Assembly (NCBI GenBank): GCA_964586355.1
Contig: CAZPGO010000015.1
Span: forward strand, 1 to 24,389
Source: an uncultured archaeon
GTDB lineage: Archaea; Iainarchaeota; Iainarchaeia; Iainarchaeales; CSSED10-239
Direction: 5' to 3'
DNA: 24,389 nucleotides
Of the stretch, positions 1 through 8,623 are shown in pieces (within the stretch, counting starts at the first letter, position 1; every line of letters starts with the position of its first letter). A program made the position numbers and the translations under genes. The notes beneath the pieces are model-generated. The model did not search any database. It was not told the DNA's origin and saw only the letters and a list, made by a program, of their open reading frames with translations.

Positions 1-372
1 GATGGTGGTAAGTTTGTAAGAGCTAGTGGTCAATCAGCAATCTTAGTTAATAAAAAAGAAAATGTTATAATTAAATTACCTTCAGGTAAATTAAAAACCT
101 TTCCACTAAATGCAAGAGCAACTATTGGAGTTATCGCTGCTGGTGGAAGACACACAAAACCATTTGTTACTGCTGGAAATAAGTTTAAAGCAATGAAAGC
201 TAAAGGAAAGAAGTATCCTAGAGTAAGAGGTGTTGCTATGAATCCTGTAGATCATCCTTTTGGTGGATCACAACACCATGTTGGACACTCTAAGTCAACT
301 TCAAGACACGCTCCTGCTGGTAGAATGGTTGGTGCTATAGCTTCAAAGAGGACAGGAAGAAAGAAGAAGTGA
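1..372 (+). CDS. rpl2: 50S ribosomal protein uL2 (L2), C-terminal part; 5' end lies outside the window
   Basis: Frame +1 is open from the window edge to TGA at 370-372. The translation ...KKYPRVRGVAMNPVDHPFGGSQHHVGHSKSTSRHAPAGR... carries the conserved uL2 C-terminal motif. It is followed by uS19, as in S10-type operons. Confidence 0.95.
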   Translation, partial: DGGKFVRASGQSAILVNKKENVIIKLPSGKLKTFPLNARATIGVIAAGGRHTKPFVTAGNKFKAMKAKGKKYPRVRGVAMNPVDHPFGGSQHHVGHSKSTSRHAPAGRMVGAIASKRTGRKKK

Positions 373-411
373 TTTTCTTCTTTTAAATTTTATCTAAAAA
401 AAGGTGTAAAA

Positions 412-792
412 ATGATTGATTTTAAATATAGAGGACACACTCTAGAAGAATTACAAAAAATGTCATTAGAAGAATTTGCTAAAATTACTGAATCAAGAGC
501 AAGAAGAAACTTGTTAAGAAACCAGTCAGATCCATTCTATCAAAGAATAGAAAAAGATCAAAAAGCAAATAAAAAAATAAGAACACATAAAAGAGACATG
601 GTGGTAACTCCTAAAATGGTAGGAAAAACAATATATGTTTATTCAGGTAAAGAGTTTTTACCAGTAGAAGTTATTGAAGATATGCTTGGTCATTATTTAG
701 GAGAATTTGTAATGACTAGAAGAAGAATAAGACATGGAAAGGCAGGAATAGGAGCAACAAAGTCCAGTACTGCTGTAAGTGCAAGAAAGTAG
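412..792 (+). CDS. rps19: 30S ribosomal protein uS19 (S19)
   Basis: 126-aa ORF with ...GKTIYVYSGKEFLPVEVIEDMLGHYLGEFVMTRR..HG, a uS19 signature. A GGTG motif sits upstream of the ATG. Gene order is uL2-uS19-uL22. Confidence 0.95.
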   Translation: MIDFKYRGHTLEELQKMSLEEFAKITESRARRNLLRNQSDPFYQRIEKDQKANKKIRTHKRDMVVTPKMVGKTIYVYSGKEFLPVEVIEDMLGHYLGEFVMTRRRIRHGKAGIGATKSSTAVSARK

Positions 793-801
793 GGATAGTT
801 T

Positions 802-1269
802 ATGACTCACACGTATAATTATCAAAAAAAATTAGATTTAAAAAAATCAGCAAGATGTGCAAAACATAATTTGCCAATATCTGTAAAATATGCGACAGAG
901 ATTGGAAATTATTTAAAGAATAAGCCATTAGACAAAGCAATTAAGTTATTACAAGCAATTGAAGAAAAAAAAGATCATCTTCCATTAGTAAAATACAGTA
1001 AAAAAGTAGCCCATAGAAAAGGGGATGCAAAAAGAGGAGTAAAAGCAGGAAGATACCCGATAAAAACCTCAAAATATATGAGATTGCTATTAGAAGAAGC
1101 AAAAGCAAATGCTGAAAATAAAAATTTAGACTTAGAAAAATTAAAAATAAAATCAATATTTGTAACAAAAGGTGTAACTAGAACAAAATTACAACCTCTT
1201 GGAAGAATAGGTGGAAAAACAAGAGAATCTAAATCAACAAATGTGGAGATTGTGGTTCTTGAGGAATAA
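802..1269 (+). CDS. rpl22: 50S ribosomal protein uL22 (L22)
   Basis: 155-aa ORF of archaeal uL22 type (ARCAKHNLPISVKYATEIGNYLKNKPLDKAIKLL...; ...STNVEIVV). It holds the conserved position between uS19 and uS3. Confidence 0.9.
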   Translation: MTHTYNYQKKLDLKKSARCAKHNLPISVKYATEIGNYLKNKPLDKAIKLLQAIEEKKDHLPLVKYSKKVAHRKGDAKRGVKAGRYPIKTSKYMRLLLEEAKANAENKNLDLEKLKIKSIFVTKGVTRTKLQPLGRIGGKTRESKSTNVEIVVLEE

Positions 1270-1296
1270 TGTTTTTAGAAAAAGGTGTTGTCAGTT

Positions 1297-2145
1297 ATGA
1301 AAGAAAATATTTTTGTCAAAGAAAAAATTAAAAGACTAGCTATTAAAAAATACTTGGCTGAAAAATTAAAAACAGCTGGGTTTATTGATGCAGAGCTCTC
1401 AAAATCACCTATTGCTACTAGAGTTATAATTTATGCTCTAAAACCAGGTTTTGTAATTGGTAAAGGTGGCTCAAATATAAGAGCTTTAACAGAAGATATT
1501 GAAAAATATTTTGGATTAAATAAAGTGCATTTAGAAATTGGAGAAATACCAAATAAAGATCTAGATGCAAAAGTAATAATAGAAAATATTGCTAATGATA
1601 TTGGTCGTGGAGTTGCTTGGAAAAGCACAGTATATAGAGCAATGAAACAAATGAAAAGTGCTGGTGCTGTTGGTGCAGAAATAGTTGTAAAAGGTAACAC
1701 CGCAGGAAAAGGTCAAAGAAAAAGATCAAGTAGATATTACTTTGGATATTTAAAAAAAGCAGGAGATCAAAAAAACTTAGTTTCCTTTGAAAAAAGAACA
1801 ACATTTCCTGGGTTAGGAACTATTGGAATAAGATTAAGAATAGTGCATCCAGGAACTGTTTTTAGTGATAAGATAGATATTAAAGAAATTGCTCATGCTT
1901 TTAAAATAAAAAGAGAAGAAAAGATATTAGAAGAAAGATCAAAAGAAATAGAAACAGAAGAAGCAAAACAAAAAGAAAAAGAAGTAAAAAAAAAAGAAGC
2001 AACTTCTAAAAAAGAAAAAGATGTAACTTCTAAAAAAGAAATAAAAACTAAAGAAGAATCAGACACAAAAAAAGAAACAAAGAAAAAAGCTTCTAAAAAA
2101 TCTGAAGGAAAAGAAGTTGAAGAAAAAGAAGAAGTTAAAGAATAA
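1297..2145 (+). CDS. rps3: 30S ribosomal protein uS3 (S3) with a Lys/Glu-rich C-terminal extension
   Basis: KH-domain motif GFVIGKGGSNIRALTEDIEK within an archaeal uS3 core. The ORF track starts at GTG 1285, but that GTG belongs to an aaaGGTG Shine-Dalgarno-like motif, so ATG 1297 (MKENIF...) is preferred. The tail from about 1915 is KE-rich. Confidence 0.93.
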   Translation: MKENIFVKEKIKRLAIKKYLAEKLKTAGFIDAELSKSPIATRVIIYALKPGFVIGKGGSNIRALTEDIEKYFGLNKVHLEIGEIPNKDLDAKVIIENIANDIGRGVAWKSTVYRAMKQMKSAGAVGAEIVVKGNTAGKGQRKRSSRYYFGYLKKAGDQKNLVSFEKRTTFPGLGTIGIRLRIVHPGTVFSDKIDIKEIAHAFKIKREEKILEERSKEIETEEAKQKEKEVKKKEATSKKEKDVTSKKEIKTKEESDTKKETKKKASKKSEGKEVEEKEEVKE

Positions 2146-2164
2146 TTAAATATGTGATTTATAG

Positions 2165-2404
2165 ATGAGTAAAAAAAAAGAAATAGTTGTAACAACAATT
2201 GAAGACGCAAACAAAAAAGTCACAGAATTAAAATTAGCCTTAGCAAAAGAAAAAGGTTTGTTAGTTTCAAAAACAAAATCAGTAAGCCCTGCAAAAAAAA
2301 GAGGTTTAAGAAAAGATGTTGCAAGAGTTTTAACAAAGAAAAATCAACTAATAAGAGATCAAGAGAAAGAGCAAATCTTAAAAGCAGTAAAAAGCAAAAA
2401 ATAA
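2165..2404 (+). CDS. rpl29: 50S ribosomal protein uL29 (L29)
   Basis: 79-aa basic helical protein (...ELKLALAKEKGLL...KDVARVLT...). It holds the conserved position after uS3. Confidence 0.85.
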   Translation: MSKKKEIVVTTIEDANKKVTELKLALAKEKGLLVSKTKSVSPAKKRGLRKDVARVLTKKNQLIRDQEKEQILKAVKSKK

Positions 2405-2427
2405 ATTGGAGAGCGTGAATAAAAGAT

Positions 2428-2730
2428 ATGGTTGAAATTTGTCCAATATGTCACTTACCAAAAAACATTTGTACTTGTGATCTTAGATCAAAAGAGACAC
2501 AACAAATAAAGATTAGAACCGAAAGAAAAAAATTCAAGAAATACGCAACACTAGTAACAGGTTTTAAAGAAGATGATGAAGGAAAAGAAGTTTTAAAATA
2601 TTTAAAAAAGAAATTAGCTTGTGGCGGAACAATGAAAAATGAAGTTATTGAGATTCAAGGAGAACATGTTGCTGCAGTTAAAAAATATTTAATAGAAAAA
2701 GGATATAATGAGGAATTGATTGATGCTTAA
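2428..2730 (+). CDS. Translation initiation factor aSUI1 (eIF1 homologue)
   Basis: 100 aa. N-terminal Cys knuckle CPICHLPKNICTC, then a SUI1 domain (IKIRTERKKFKKYATLVTGF...LKKKLACGGT...IEIQGEH). It holds the conserved archaeal position between uL29 and Rpp29. Confidence 0.9.
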   Translation: MVEICPICHLPKNICTCDLRSKETQQIKIRTERKKFKKYATLVTGFKEDDEGKEVLKYLKKKLACGGTMKNEVIEIQGEHVAAVKKYLIEKGYNEELIDA

Positions 2731-2911
2731 TGTAAATGATTGTGAAAATCTTGGTAAAAGAATAAAAGTGATCAATAGTTCAGATAATACAAAAATTAAT
2801 TTAGAAGGATTAGTAATTTACGAAACAAATAAGTTACTAACATTAAAAACTGAAAATAATATAAAAAAAATAAAAAAACAAGAAATATTAAATTATAAAA
2901 TACTAGAGTGA
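2723..2911 (+). CDS. rnp1: RNase P protein component 1 (Rpp29/Pop4 family), unusually short (62 aa from ATG 2723)
   Basis: LGKRIKVINSSDNTKINLEGLVIYETNKLLTL matches the Rpp29 Sm-like core pattern (LG..v.V..S.n....G..G.vv.ET.N.l.i). It holds the conserved slot between aSUI1 and uS17. It overlaps the aSUI1 stop by 8 nt and its TGA overlaps GTG 2908. Confidence 0.75.
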   Translation: MLNVNDCENLGKRIKVINSSDNTKINLEGLVIYETNKLLTLKTENNIKKIKKQEILNYKILE

Positions 2912-2922
2912 GTGAAAAACTT

Positions 2923-3303
2923 ATGAATGCAAAAACATGTACTGATGTAAATTGTCCAATACATGGGCACATTAAAGTAAGAGGAAAATTACTAGAAGGG
3001 ATTGTTATTAGAAAAAAAGCACAAAAAACAGCAACTGTGCAAATAGAAAGAACAACCTTTAATAGAAAATATGAAAGATATTTGAAAAAAAGAACAAATT
3101 ACTCAGTTCACTGCCCAGAATGTATGGATGTTGCTGTTGGTGATGTGGTGTTAGTTGGAGAAACAAAAAAAATAAGTAAAACAAAATCATTTGTAATATT
3201 AAAAAAAGTTGGCACACAAAAAAATATTTCTGAAATATTAGAAAGAGAAGCAATGGAGATGCCACAAATTCATAAAAAAGATATTATTGGTGAAGAAGAA
3301 TGA
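2923..3303 (+). CDS. rps17: 30S ribosomal protein uS17 (S17)
   Basis: Archaeal uS17 N-terminus with CTDVNCPIHGHIKVRGK, then VVIRKKAQKTATVQIER and VGDVVLVGETKKISKTKSFV. The ORF track starts at GTG 2908, but GTGA at 2912-2915 sits 7 nt before ATG 2923, so the ATG is preferred. Confidence 0.92.
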   Translation: MNAKTCTDVNCPIHGHIKVRGKLLEGIVIRKKAQKTATVQIERTTFNRKYERYLKKRTNYSVHCPECMDVAVGDVVLVGETKKISKTKSFVILKKVGTQKNISEILEREAMEMPQIHKKDIIGEEE

Positions 3304-3698
3304 AACAGATTAGTGCTAAAGTAACAAGAGGTTTACCACAAGGAGCTCATTGTGTTTGTACAGATAATAGTGGGGCAAAAGAAATACAAATAGTCTCAGT
3401 TATAAAATATAAAACGCATAGAAAACAATTACAAGCAGCAGGAATAGCATCCCTATTAAATGTTGTTGTTAAAAAAGGGAAACCAACTATGAGAAAAAAG
3501 CTTGAAAGAGCAGTAGTTGTAAGGGTAAGAAAAGAATATAGACGGAAAAATGGACAAAGAATTTCTTTTGAAGATAATGCTGTTGTTCTAACAGATCCAA
3601 AAGGATATCCAAAATCTTCAGAAATAAAAGGCTGTGTAGCAAAAGAAGTTGGCGAAAGATATCCAAAAATAGCTGGTATGGCTAGTTCAGTAATTTAA
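3300..3698 (+). CDS. rpl14: 50S ribosomal protein uL14 (L14)
   Basis: 132 aa with ...CTDNSGAKEIQIVSV... and ...ISFEDNAVVLTDPKG.P...EIKG.VAKE, uL14 signatures. ATGA overlap with the uS17 stop. Confidence 0.96.
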   Translation: MKQISAKVTRGLPQGAHCVCTDNSGAKEIQIVSVIKYKTHRKQLQAAGIASLLNVVVKKGKPTMRKKLERAVVVRVRKEYRRKNGQRISFEDNAVVLTDPKGYPKSSEIKGCVAKEVGERYPKIAGMASSVI

Positions 3699-3711
3699 GG
3701 GTGAGCAATAA

Positions 3712-4080
3712 ATGAATAATAAAACTGTTAAACCATCAAAAAATAGAAAAAGAATTTATTTTGCAAAACTACATGAAAGTAAAAAAATGTTAGTGGCTCC
3801 AATAGAAAAAGCTGTTGCAAAAACAGTTGGTAAGAAGAAGATCACTGTGAGAAAAGGAGATACTGTTAAGATCATGAGAGGTCAGCATAAGTTAAAGAGT
3901 GGCACAGTAAGTAAAGTAGATTATGATAAAACAAAAGTATACTTAAAAGAGTTTAATGTTACCAATTCAAGAGGTCAAGAAAAACCAATCCCATTTATTG
4001 CATCAAATTTAATGTTAACAAATGTTTTATTAGATGACAAAAAAAGAATTGCTCAAAAAAAAGAAATTAAGAAAAAGTAG
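3712..4080 (+). CDS. rpl24: 50S ribosomal protein uL24 (L24), KOW domain
   Basis: KOW motif VRKGDTVKIMRGQHKLKSGTVSKVD. It holds the position after uL14. Confidence 0.93.
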   Translation: MNNKTVKPSKNRKRIYFAKLHESKKMLVAPIEKAVAKTVGKKKITVRKGDTVKIMRGQHKLKSGTVSKVDYDKTKVYLKEFNVTNSRGQEKPIPFIASNLMLTNVLLDDKKRIAQKKEIKKK

Positions 4081-4103
4081 TTATTAAAGGTGAAAAAAAT
4101 AAC

Positions 4104-4793
4104 ATGGCAAAAAAAGGAAGTACAACTGTATTAAAAACACAAAATGTTGGGTTTGTACACAAAACAGAAAAAACAAAAACATTTGTAATTAGACCAAATC
4201 CAGGAAAACATAATCTTAAATCTGTAGTTAGTTTGGGATATGTTCTAAGAGATTTATTACATTTAGCTGATACTATTAAAGAAGTAAAATACATAATAAA
4301 CAACAAAGAAATAATTGTAGATAAAAAACCAGCAAAAACACACAGGTTGCCCATAGGTTTTTATGATGTTATTGAGATCCCTAAAATGAATAAACAATAT
4401 AGAGCAATAATTTTAGAAAATGGTCTTCTTTCTTTAACAGAAATAGAAAAAGAAGATGCAAAATATAAGATATGTAAGATTGTTAAAAAGAAACTAACTA
4501 AAAAAGGAGAAGTTCAATTAACAACTAATGATGGAAGATCTATTATTACTACAAATCAAGCATATAAAACAAAAGCATCAGTAAAACTAGATTTAGAAGA
4601 TAATACTATAAAAGAATATTACCCTTTAGAAAAAGGAAGAAACGTTTATGTTATTGGTGGTAAACATAAAGGAACAAAAGGCACTATTGAAAATGTAACA
4701 AAAGGCCAAATGAATAAAGCAGATCTAATCAAGATAAAGATTGGACATCATGAATACGAAACCACAGAAAAAAATGTATTTGTAATTAATTAA
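4104..4793 (+). CDS. rps4e: 30S ribosomal protein eS4 (S4e)
   Basis: 229 aa. Contains PIGFYDVIEIPK and a C-terminal KOW-like GGKHKGTKGTIENV. It holds the conserved slot between uL24 and uL5. Confidence 0.93.
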   Translation: MAKKGSTTVLKTQNVGFVHKTEKTKTFVIRPNPGKHNLKSVVSLGYVLRDLLHLADTIKEVKYIINNKEIIVDKKPAKTHRLPIGFYDVIEIPKMNKQYRAIILENGLLSLTEIEKEDAKYKICKIVKKKLTKKGEVQLTTNDGRSIITTNQAYKTKASVKLDLEDNTIKEYYPLEKGRNVYVIGGKHKGTKGTIENVTKGQMNKADLIKIKIGHHEYETTEKNVFVIN

Positions 4794-4810
4794 ATTTAAT
4801 GTGAATAGTT

Positions 4811-5332
4811 ATGTCTGAAACAAAACAAAATATAATGAAAGAAATTTATGTTGATAAAGTTACAGTAAATATGGGTGTTGGACAAGCAGGAGAAGAACTT
4901 GAAAGAGGTCTTAAAATATTAGAGCTTGTTACAAAGAAAAAACCTGTAAGAACAAAATCAAAAGTAAAATTACCAACCTGGGGAATAAGACCTGGTCTTC
5001 CAATAGGTGGAAAGGTTACTTTAAGAGGTCAAGAGGCTATGGATTTTATTGATCTTACCTTAAAAGCAAAAAGTTATAAGATAAATAAAAAATCTTTCTC
5101 AAATGATGGCAACTTTTCATATGGCATACATGAATATTTAGATGTTCCTGGAATCAAATATGATCCAAATCTAGGAATTAGAGGTTTTGATGTTTGTGTT
5201 TCTTTAAAAAGAAAAGGATACAGAGTAAAACTAAGAAAATACAATTTTGCAAAAATAGGCAAAAATCACAAAATAAAAAAAGAAGATGCGATTAACTTTG
5301 CAACAGAAAAGTTAAAGGTAGTGGTTGTATGA
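4811..5332 (+). CDS. rpl5: 50S ribosomal protein uL5 (L5)
   Basis: 173 aa with ...[12 protein letters not shown]... and ...[29 protein letters not shown]..., uL5 signatures. Confidence 0.96.
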   Translation: MSETKQNIMKEIYVDKVTVNMGVGQAGEELERGLKILELVTKKKPVRTKSKVKLPTWGIRPGLPIGGKVTLRGQEAMDFIDLTLKAKSYKINKKSFSNDGNFSYGIHEYLDVPGIKYDPNLGIRGFDVCVSLKRKGYRVKLRKYNFAKIGKNHKIKKEDAINFATEKLKVVVV

Positions 5333-5502
5333 GTGAAGTAGATTATAAAAAACTAAGTAAAACAGACAAAGAATTAAAGAGATCTAGAAAATGTAGATTT
5401 TGTGGAACTCAAAGAGGATTAATAAGAAAATATAATTTATATGTTTGTAGAAGATGCTTTAACGACCATGCAGAAGAACTTGGATTTAAGAAATATAATT
5501 AA
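5329..5502 (+). CDS. rps14: 30S ribosomal protein uS14 (S14, zinc-binding type Z), 57 aa; absent from the ORF track
   Basis: Hand translation gives [57 protein letters not shown]. It has CxxC...CxxC and the RKY.L..CR.CF signature. ATGA overlap with the uL5 stop. It holds the conserved slot between uL5 and uS8. Confidence 0.93.
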   Translation: MSEVDYKKLSKTDKELKRSRKCRFCGTQRGLIRKYNLYVCRRCFNDHAEELGFKKYN

Positions 5503-5554
5503 AGAGAAAATTAGGAGTTTTTAAAATATTTATAATTATTTTAGGTGAAAAACT

Positions 5555-5944
5555 ATGAGTTTAAATGACCCAATATCAGATGCATTAAATAATATTTACA
5601 ATGCAGAAACAGCCGCAAAACAGGTTTGCGTTTTGAATCATTCCAAATTTTTGGAAAACATTGTAGATCTTTTGAAAAAAGAAGGCTATGTAAAACAATA
5701 TAAACTGCAAGACAAAAGACCAGTTAAGCAATTAGTAGTTTATTTGAATGGACACATAAACAAATGTAAGTCCATAAAACCAAGATATGCTGTGGCAAAA
5801 ACAGAATACGATAAATTTGAAAAATCCTACTTAATATCAAGAGATGTTGGGATGTTGATTGTAAGTACCACAGAAGGCTTAATGAGTCATAAGAAAGCAA
5901 AAGAAATGGGTCTTGGCGGTAGACTTATAGGTTACGTTTATTAA
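5555..5944 (+). CDS. rps8: 30S ribosomal protein uS8 (S8)
   Basis: 129 aa. Starts MSLNDPISDALNNIYNAE and ends ...GMLIVSTTEGLMSHKKAKEMGLGGRLIGYVY. GGTGA sits 6 nt upstream of the ATG. Confidence 0.96.
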   Translation: MSLNDPISDALNNIYNAETAAKQVCVLNHSKFLENIVDLLKKEGYVKQYKLQDKRPVKQLVVYLNGHINKCKSIKPRYAVAKTEYDKFEKSYLISRDVGMLIVSTTEGLMSHKKAKEMGLGGRLIGYVY

Positions 5945-5960
5945 ATAAATTAAAAAAAGG

Positions 5961-6539
5961 TTGATTTTTGTGAAAACAGACAATGCCAGTAAAAAAAGAG
6001 AATTAAAAAATATTATATTAGAAGTACCAAGCGATGTTAAAACAGATATACTTGAAAACCAAGTAGTTTTTGAAAAGAACAATTCAAAAATATCTGTTAA
6101 ATATAACCCTGTGTATATTCATATTAATAAAAAAGAAAATAAATTAAGTCTTTGTCCAACAAACACAAGAAAGATGACAAAAGCAGTACTAAAAACTACA
6201 GAAAAGCTTCTAAAAAATGCTTTTAATGGATTTGATAAAGAATATATTTATACATTATCAATTGTATTCTCTCACTTTCCAATCACTGCAAAAGTTGAAG
6301 GAGAATATGTTGTTATCTCTAACTTTTTAGGAGAAAAGAAACCAAGAATCTCTAAGATTTTGCCAAATTGTAAAGTAGAAGTAAAAGGAAGAGATATAAT
6401 TATTAGATCAATAGATAAAGCAGCCGCTGGGCAGACAGCAGGAAATCTTGAAAAAGCAACTAAGGTTAAGAAAAAAGATTATAGAATGTTTGATGATGGT
6501 TGTTATATTATAGAAAAACCAAAAATTGAAAGAAAATAA
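5961..6539 (+). CDS. rpl6: 50S ribosomal protein uL6 (L6)
   Basis: Two-domain uL6-like sequence (...LEVPSDVKTDILENQVVFEKNNSKISV...; ...VEVKGRDIIIRSIDKAAAGQTAGNLE...). The start is uncertain. It is either TTG 5961 or in-frame GTG 5970, which lies 8 nt after an AGGT. Confidence 0.9.
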   Translation: MIFVKTDNASKKRELKNIILEVPSDVKTDILENQVVFEKNNSKISVKYNPVYIHINKKENKLSLCPTNTRKMTKAVLKTTEKLLKNAFNGFDKEYIYTLSIVFSHFPITAKVEGEYVVISNFLGEKKPRISKILPNCKVEVKGRDIIIRSIDKAAAGQTAGNLEKATKVKKKDYRMFDDGCYIIEKPKIERK

Positions 6540-6560
6540 ATATACTTGATGTGATGATTT

Positions 6561-6899
6561 ATGAGTAATGATACACCAAATTTCAGGGGACATTTCCCAT
6601 TAACAAACAAAAGAAGAAAAGGAAATAAAAAACTTCAAAAATGGAGATATCCTAGTGGAATAGATAGACACATGAGTTCCAAAAAAGGACCTCAACCAAA
6701 AATAGGATACGGGCATAAAAAAGAAGATAAATTTAAACACCCTTTAGGATTAAAAGAAGTTTTGATTAGATCAAAAACAGATCTTGATAAAATAACAGAA
6801 ACTAATGTATTAATTAGATTTTCTAGCACATTAGGAAAAAAGAAAAAAGAAGAACTTTATAAAATTGTTAAGGAAAAGGGGTTAAAGGCTCTTAATTAG
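6561..6899 (+). CDS. rpl32e: 50S ribosomal protein eL32 (L32e)
   Basis: 112 aa with ...KWRYPSGIDRHMSSKKGPQPKIGYGHKKEDKFKHPLG.KEVLI... of eL32 type. It holds the conserved slot uL6-eL32-eL19. Confidence 0.9.
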   Translation: MSNDTPNFRGHFPLTNKRRKGNKKLQKWRYPSGIDRHMSSKKGPQPKIGYGHKKEDKFKHPLGLKEVLIRSKTDLDKITETNVLIRFSSTLGKKKKEELYKIVKEKGLKALN

Positions 6900-6925
6900 T
6901 GAACAAATAAAAAGGTGTAATTTTT

Positions 6926-7375
6926 ATGAAATTAAATAAATTAAAAGATTTTGCTTCCAAAGTGATGAATAAAAGCAAGCACAAATTAATTATTGATCAA
7001 GAGAAGTATTTAGAAAATAAAGATACTGTTGACAAAGCAATCACTAAAGCAGATGTAAAAGAAATTGTGAAATCCGGAGTTGTTAGAAAAAAAACAGACA
7101 CAGGACACTCAAGAGGTCGTGCTAGAGTATTACTTGAAAAGAAAAAATTAAAAAGAAAAAGAGGTCCAGGAAAAAGAAAAGGAACTCCAAAAGCAAGAAA
7201 TAAAACTAATGTTTATAATTTAAGAGTAAGAGGGCTTAGAAAAAAGCTAAGAGAACTAAGAGATGAAGATAAATTAAATGGAAAAAATTATAATACTCTT
7301 TATCGTAGAATAAAAGGAAATTACTTTAAAGGTAAAAAGCACTTAGAAGAATATGTTAATGGTGAAAATAAATGA
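6926..7375 (+). CDS. rpl19e: 50S ribosomal protein eL19 (L19e)
   Basis: 149 aa, very basic, with ...GHSRGRARVLLEKKKLKRKRGPGKRKGT..AR... of eL19 type. Confidence 0.92.
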   Translation: MKLNKLKDFASKVMNKSKHKLIIDQEKYLENKDTVDKAITKADVKEIVKSGVVRKKTDTGHSRGRARVLLEKKKLKRKRGPGKRKGTPKARNKTNVYNLRVRGLRKKLRELRDEDKLNGKNYNTLYRRIKGNYFKGKKHLEEYVNGENK

Positions 7376-7884
7376 CTGGCGGACCAATTTATAAAGTTCC
7401 ATTTAAAAGAAGAAAGGAACAAAAAACCGATTATAAAAAAAGATTGGCAACTTTAAAATCTGAAAAGCACAGATTTGTTGCAAGATTATCAAACACAAGA
7501 TTTTTTGCGCAAGTTATTGATTATAATAAAGATGGAGATAAAACTTTGATCTCTGCAGATTCCAGGGAACTAAAAGCGCTTGGTTGGAATCATAGTTTAA
7601 AAAACACATCAGCTGTTTATTTAACTGCTTTATTACTTTCAAAAAAAGCTCAAAAGAATAACATAAAAGAGGTAATTTTTGATCTTGGTGCAAAAAACTA
7701 CAAATCAAAATCAAAAATATTTGCTGCACTAAAAGCAATAGTAGACTCAGGACTATCTTGTCCATATAATGAAAAAGCTTTTCCTAATGAAGATAGAATA
7801 AATGGTAAAATTTTAGCCACACACACAAAAAAAGAGATAGATAAAGATTTTAATTTAGTTAAAGAAAAAATATTAAAAATGTGA
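7372..7884 (+). CDS. rpl18: 50S ribosomal protein uL18 (L18)
   Basis: 170 aa. Starts GPIYKVPFKRRKEQKTDYKKRL..LKSEKHRFVARLSNTRFFAQVID, the archaeal uL18 N-terminus. ATGA overlap with the eL19 stop, and GGTGA lies 6 nt upstream. Confidence 0.95.
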   Translation: MTGGPIYKVPFKRRKEQKTDYKKRLATLKSEKHRFVARLSNTRFFAQVIDYNKDGDKTLISADSRELKALGWNHSLKNTSAVYLTALLLSKKAQKNNIKEVIFDLGAKNYKSKSKIFAALKAIVDSGLSCPYNEKAFPNEDRINGKILATHTKKEIDKDFNLVKEKILKM

Positions 7885-7891
7885 ATGTTAA

Positions 7892-8602
7892 ATGACTCCA
7901 CAAATAAAAAGAAGAGAAAGAACTCAAAGAAGAGAAAGAAGACCAGAACCTGTTTTTGATAAAGAAGCATGGATGCCAAAAACTGAACTTGGAAGAAAAG
8001 TAAAAAGTGGACAGATTTCATCTTTGGATGATGTTTTCAAATCTGGTAAAAAAATAATGGAATCAGAAATTGTTGATTGTCTTGTATCTGATTTACAATC
8101 AAGAACTGTAGGTGTTAAAAAAACCACAAGAGTAACAAGAGCAGGAAGACATTTTTCTTTTAGGGTGAGTGTTATTGTTGGAGATGGAAATGGTCATATT
8201 GGTGTAGGTACAGGAAAAAATATTGAAAGAATAACTGCTCAACAAAAAGCAATTAAAAATGCAAAACTAAATATTGTTCCTATAAAAAGAGGATGTGGAA
8301 GTTGGGAATGTAATTGTACAAAACTACACTCAATACCATTTAAGACAGTAGGAAAATCAGCATCATTAAGAGTAGAATTGCTGCCAGCACCTAATGGGGT
8401 TGGTCTTGCTGTAAGTGATACTATTAAACCTGTATTACAGTTAGCAGGAATTGTTGACATTTGGTCAAGTACTAGAGGATCAACAGACACAAAATTAAAT
8501 TTTGTAAGAGCAACTGTTAATGCTTTAGAAAATTTATCCTCTTTAAAATTTGCTAATGAAAAAGAAGCAATAATAGAAGATGAAGAAGAAGATAATGAAT
8601 AA
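7892..8602 (+). CDS. rps5: 30S ribosomal protein uS5 (S5)
   Basis: 236 aa with ...TTRVTRAGRHFSFRVSVIVGDGNGHIGVGTGK... and ...APNGVGLAVSDTIKPVLQLAGI.D.W. It has a basic N-terminus and an acidic C-terminus (EDEEEDNE). Confidence 0.96.
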   Translation: MTPQIKRRERTQRRERRPEPVFDKEAWMPKTELGRKVKSGQISSLDDVFKSGKKIMESEIVDCLVSDLQSRTVGVKKTTRVTRAGRHFSFRVSVIVGDGNGHIGVGTGKNIERITAQQKAIKNAKLNIVPIKRGCGSWECNCTKLHSIPFKTVGKSASLRVELLPAPNGVGLAVSDTIKPVLQLAGIVDIWSSTRGSTDTKLNFVRATVNALENLSSLKFANEKEAIIEDEEEDNE

Positions 8603-8623
8603 AATTAGAAATAGGTAGAAACT

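Noticed and set aside
5503-5554. An internal promoter or small RNA in the 52-nt uS14/uS8 spacer (tttaaaatatttataatt).
   Set aside because: The AT-rich run is indistinguishable from background composition, no stable secondary structure was found by eye, and the spacer is too short for an RNA gene. I left it unannotated.
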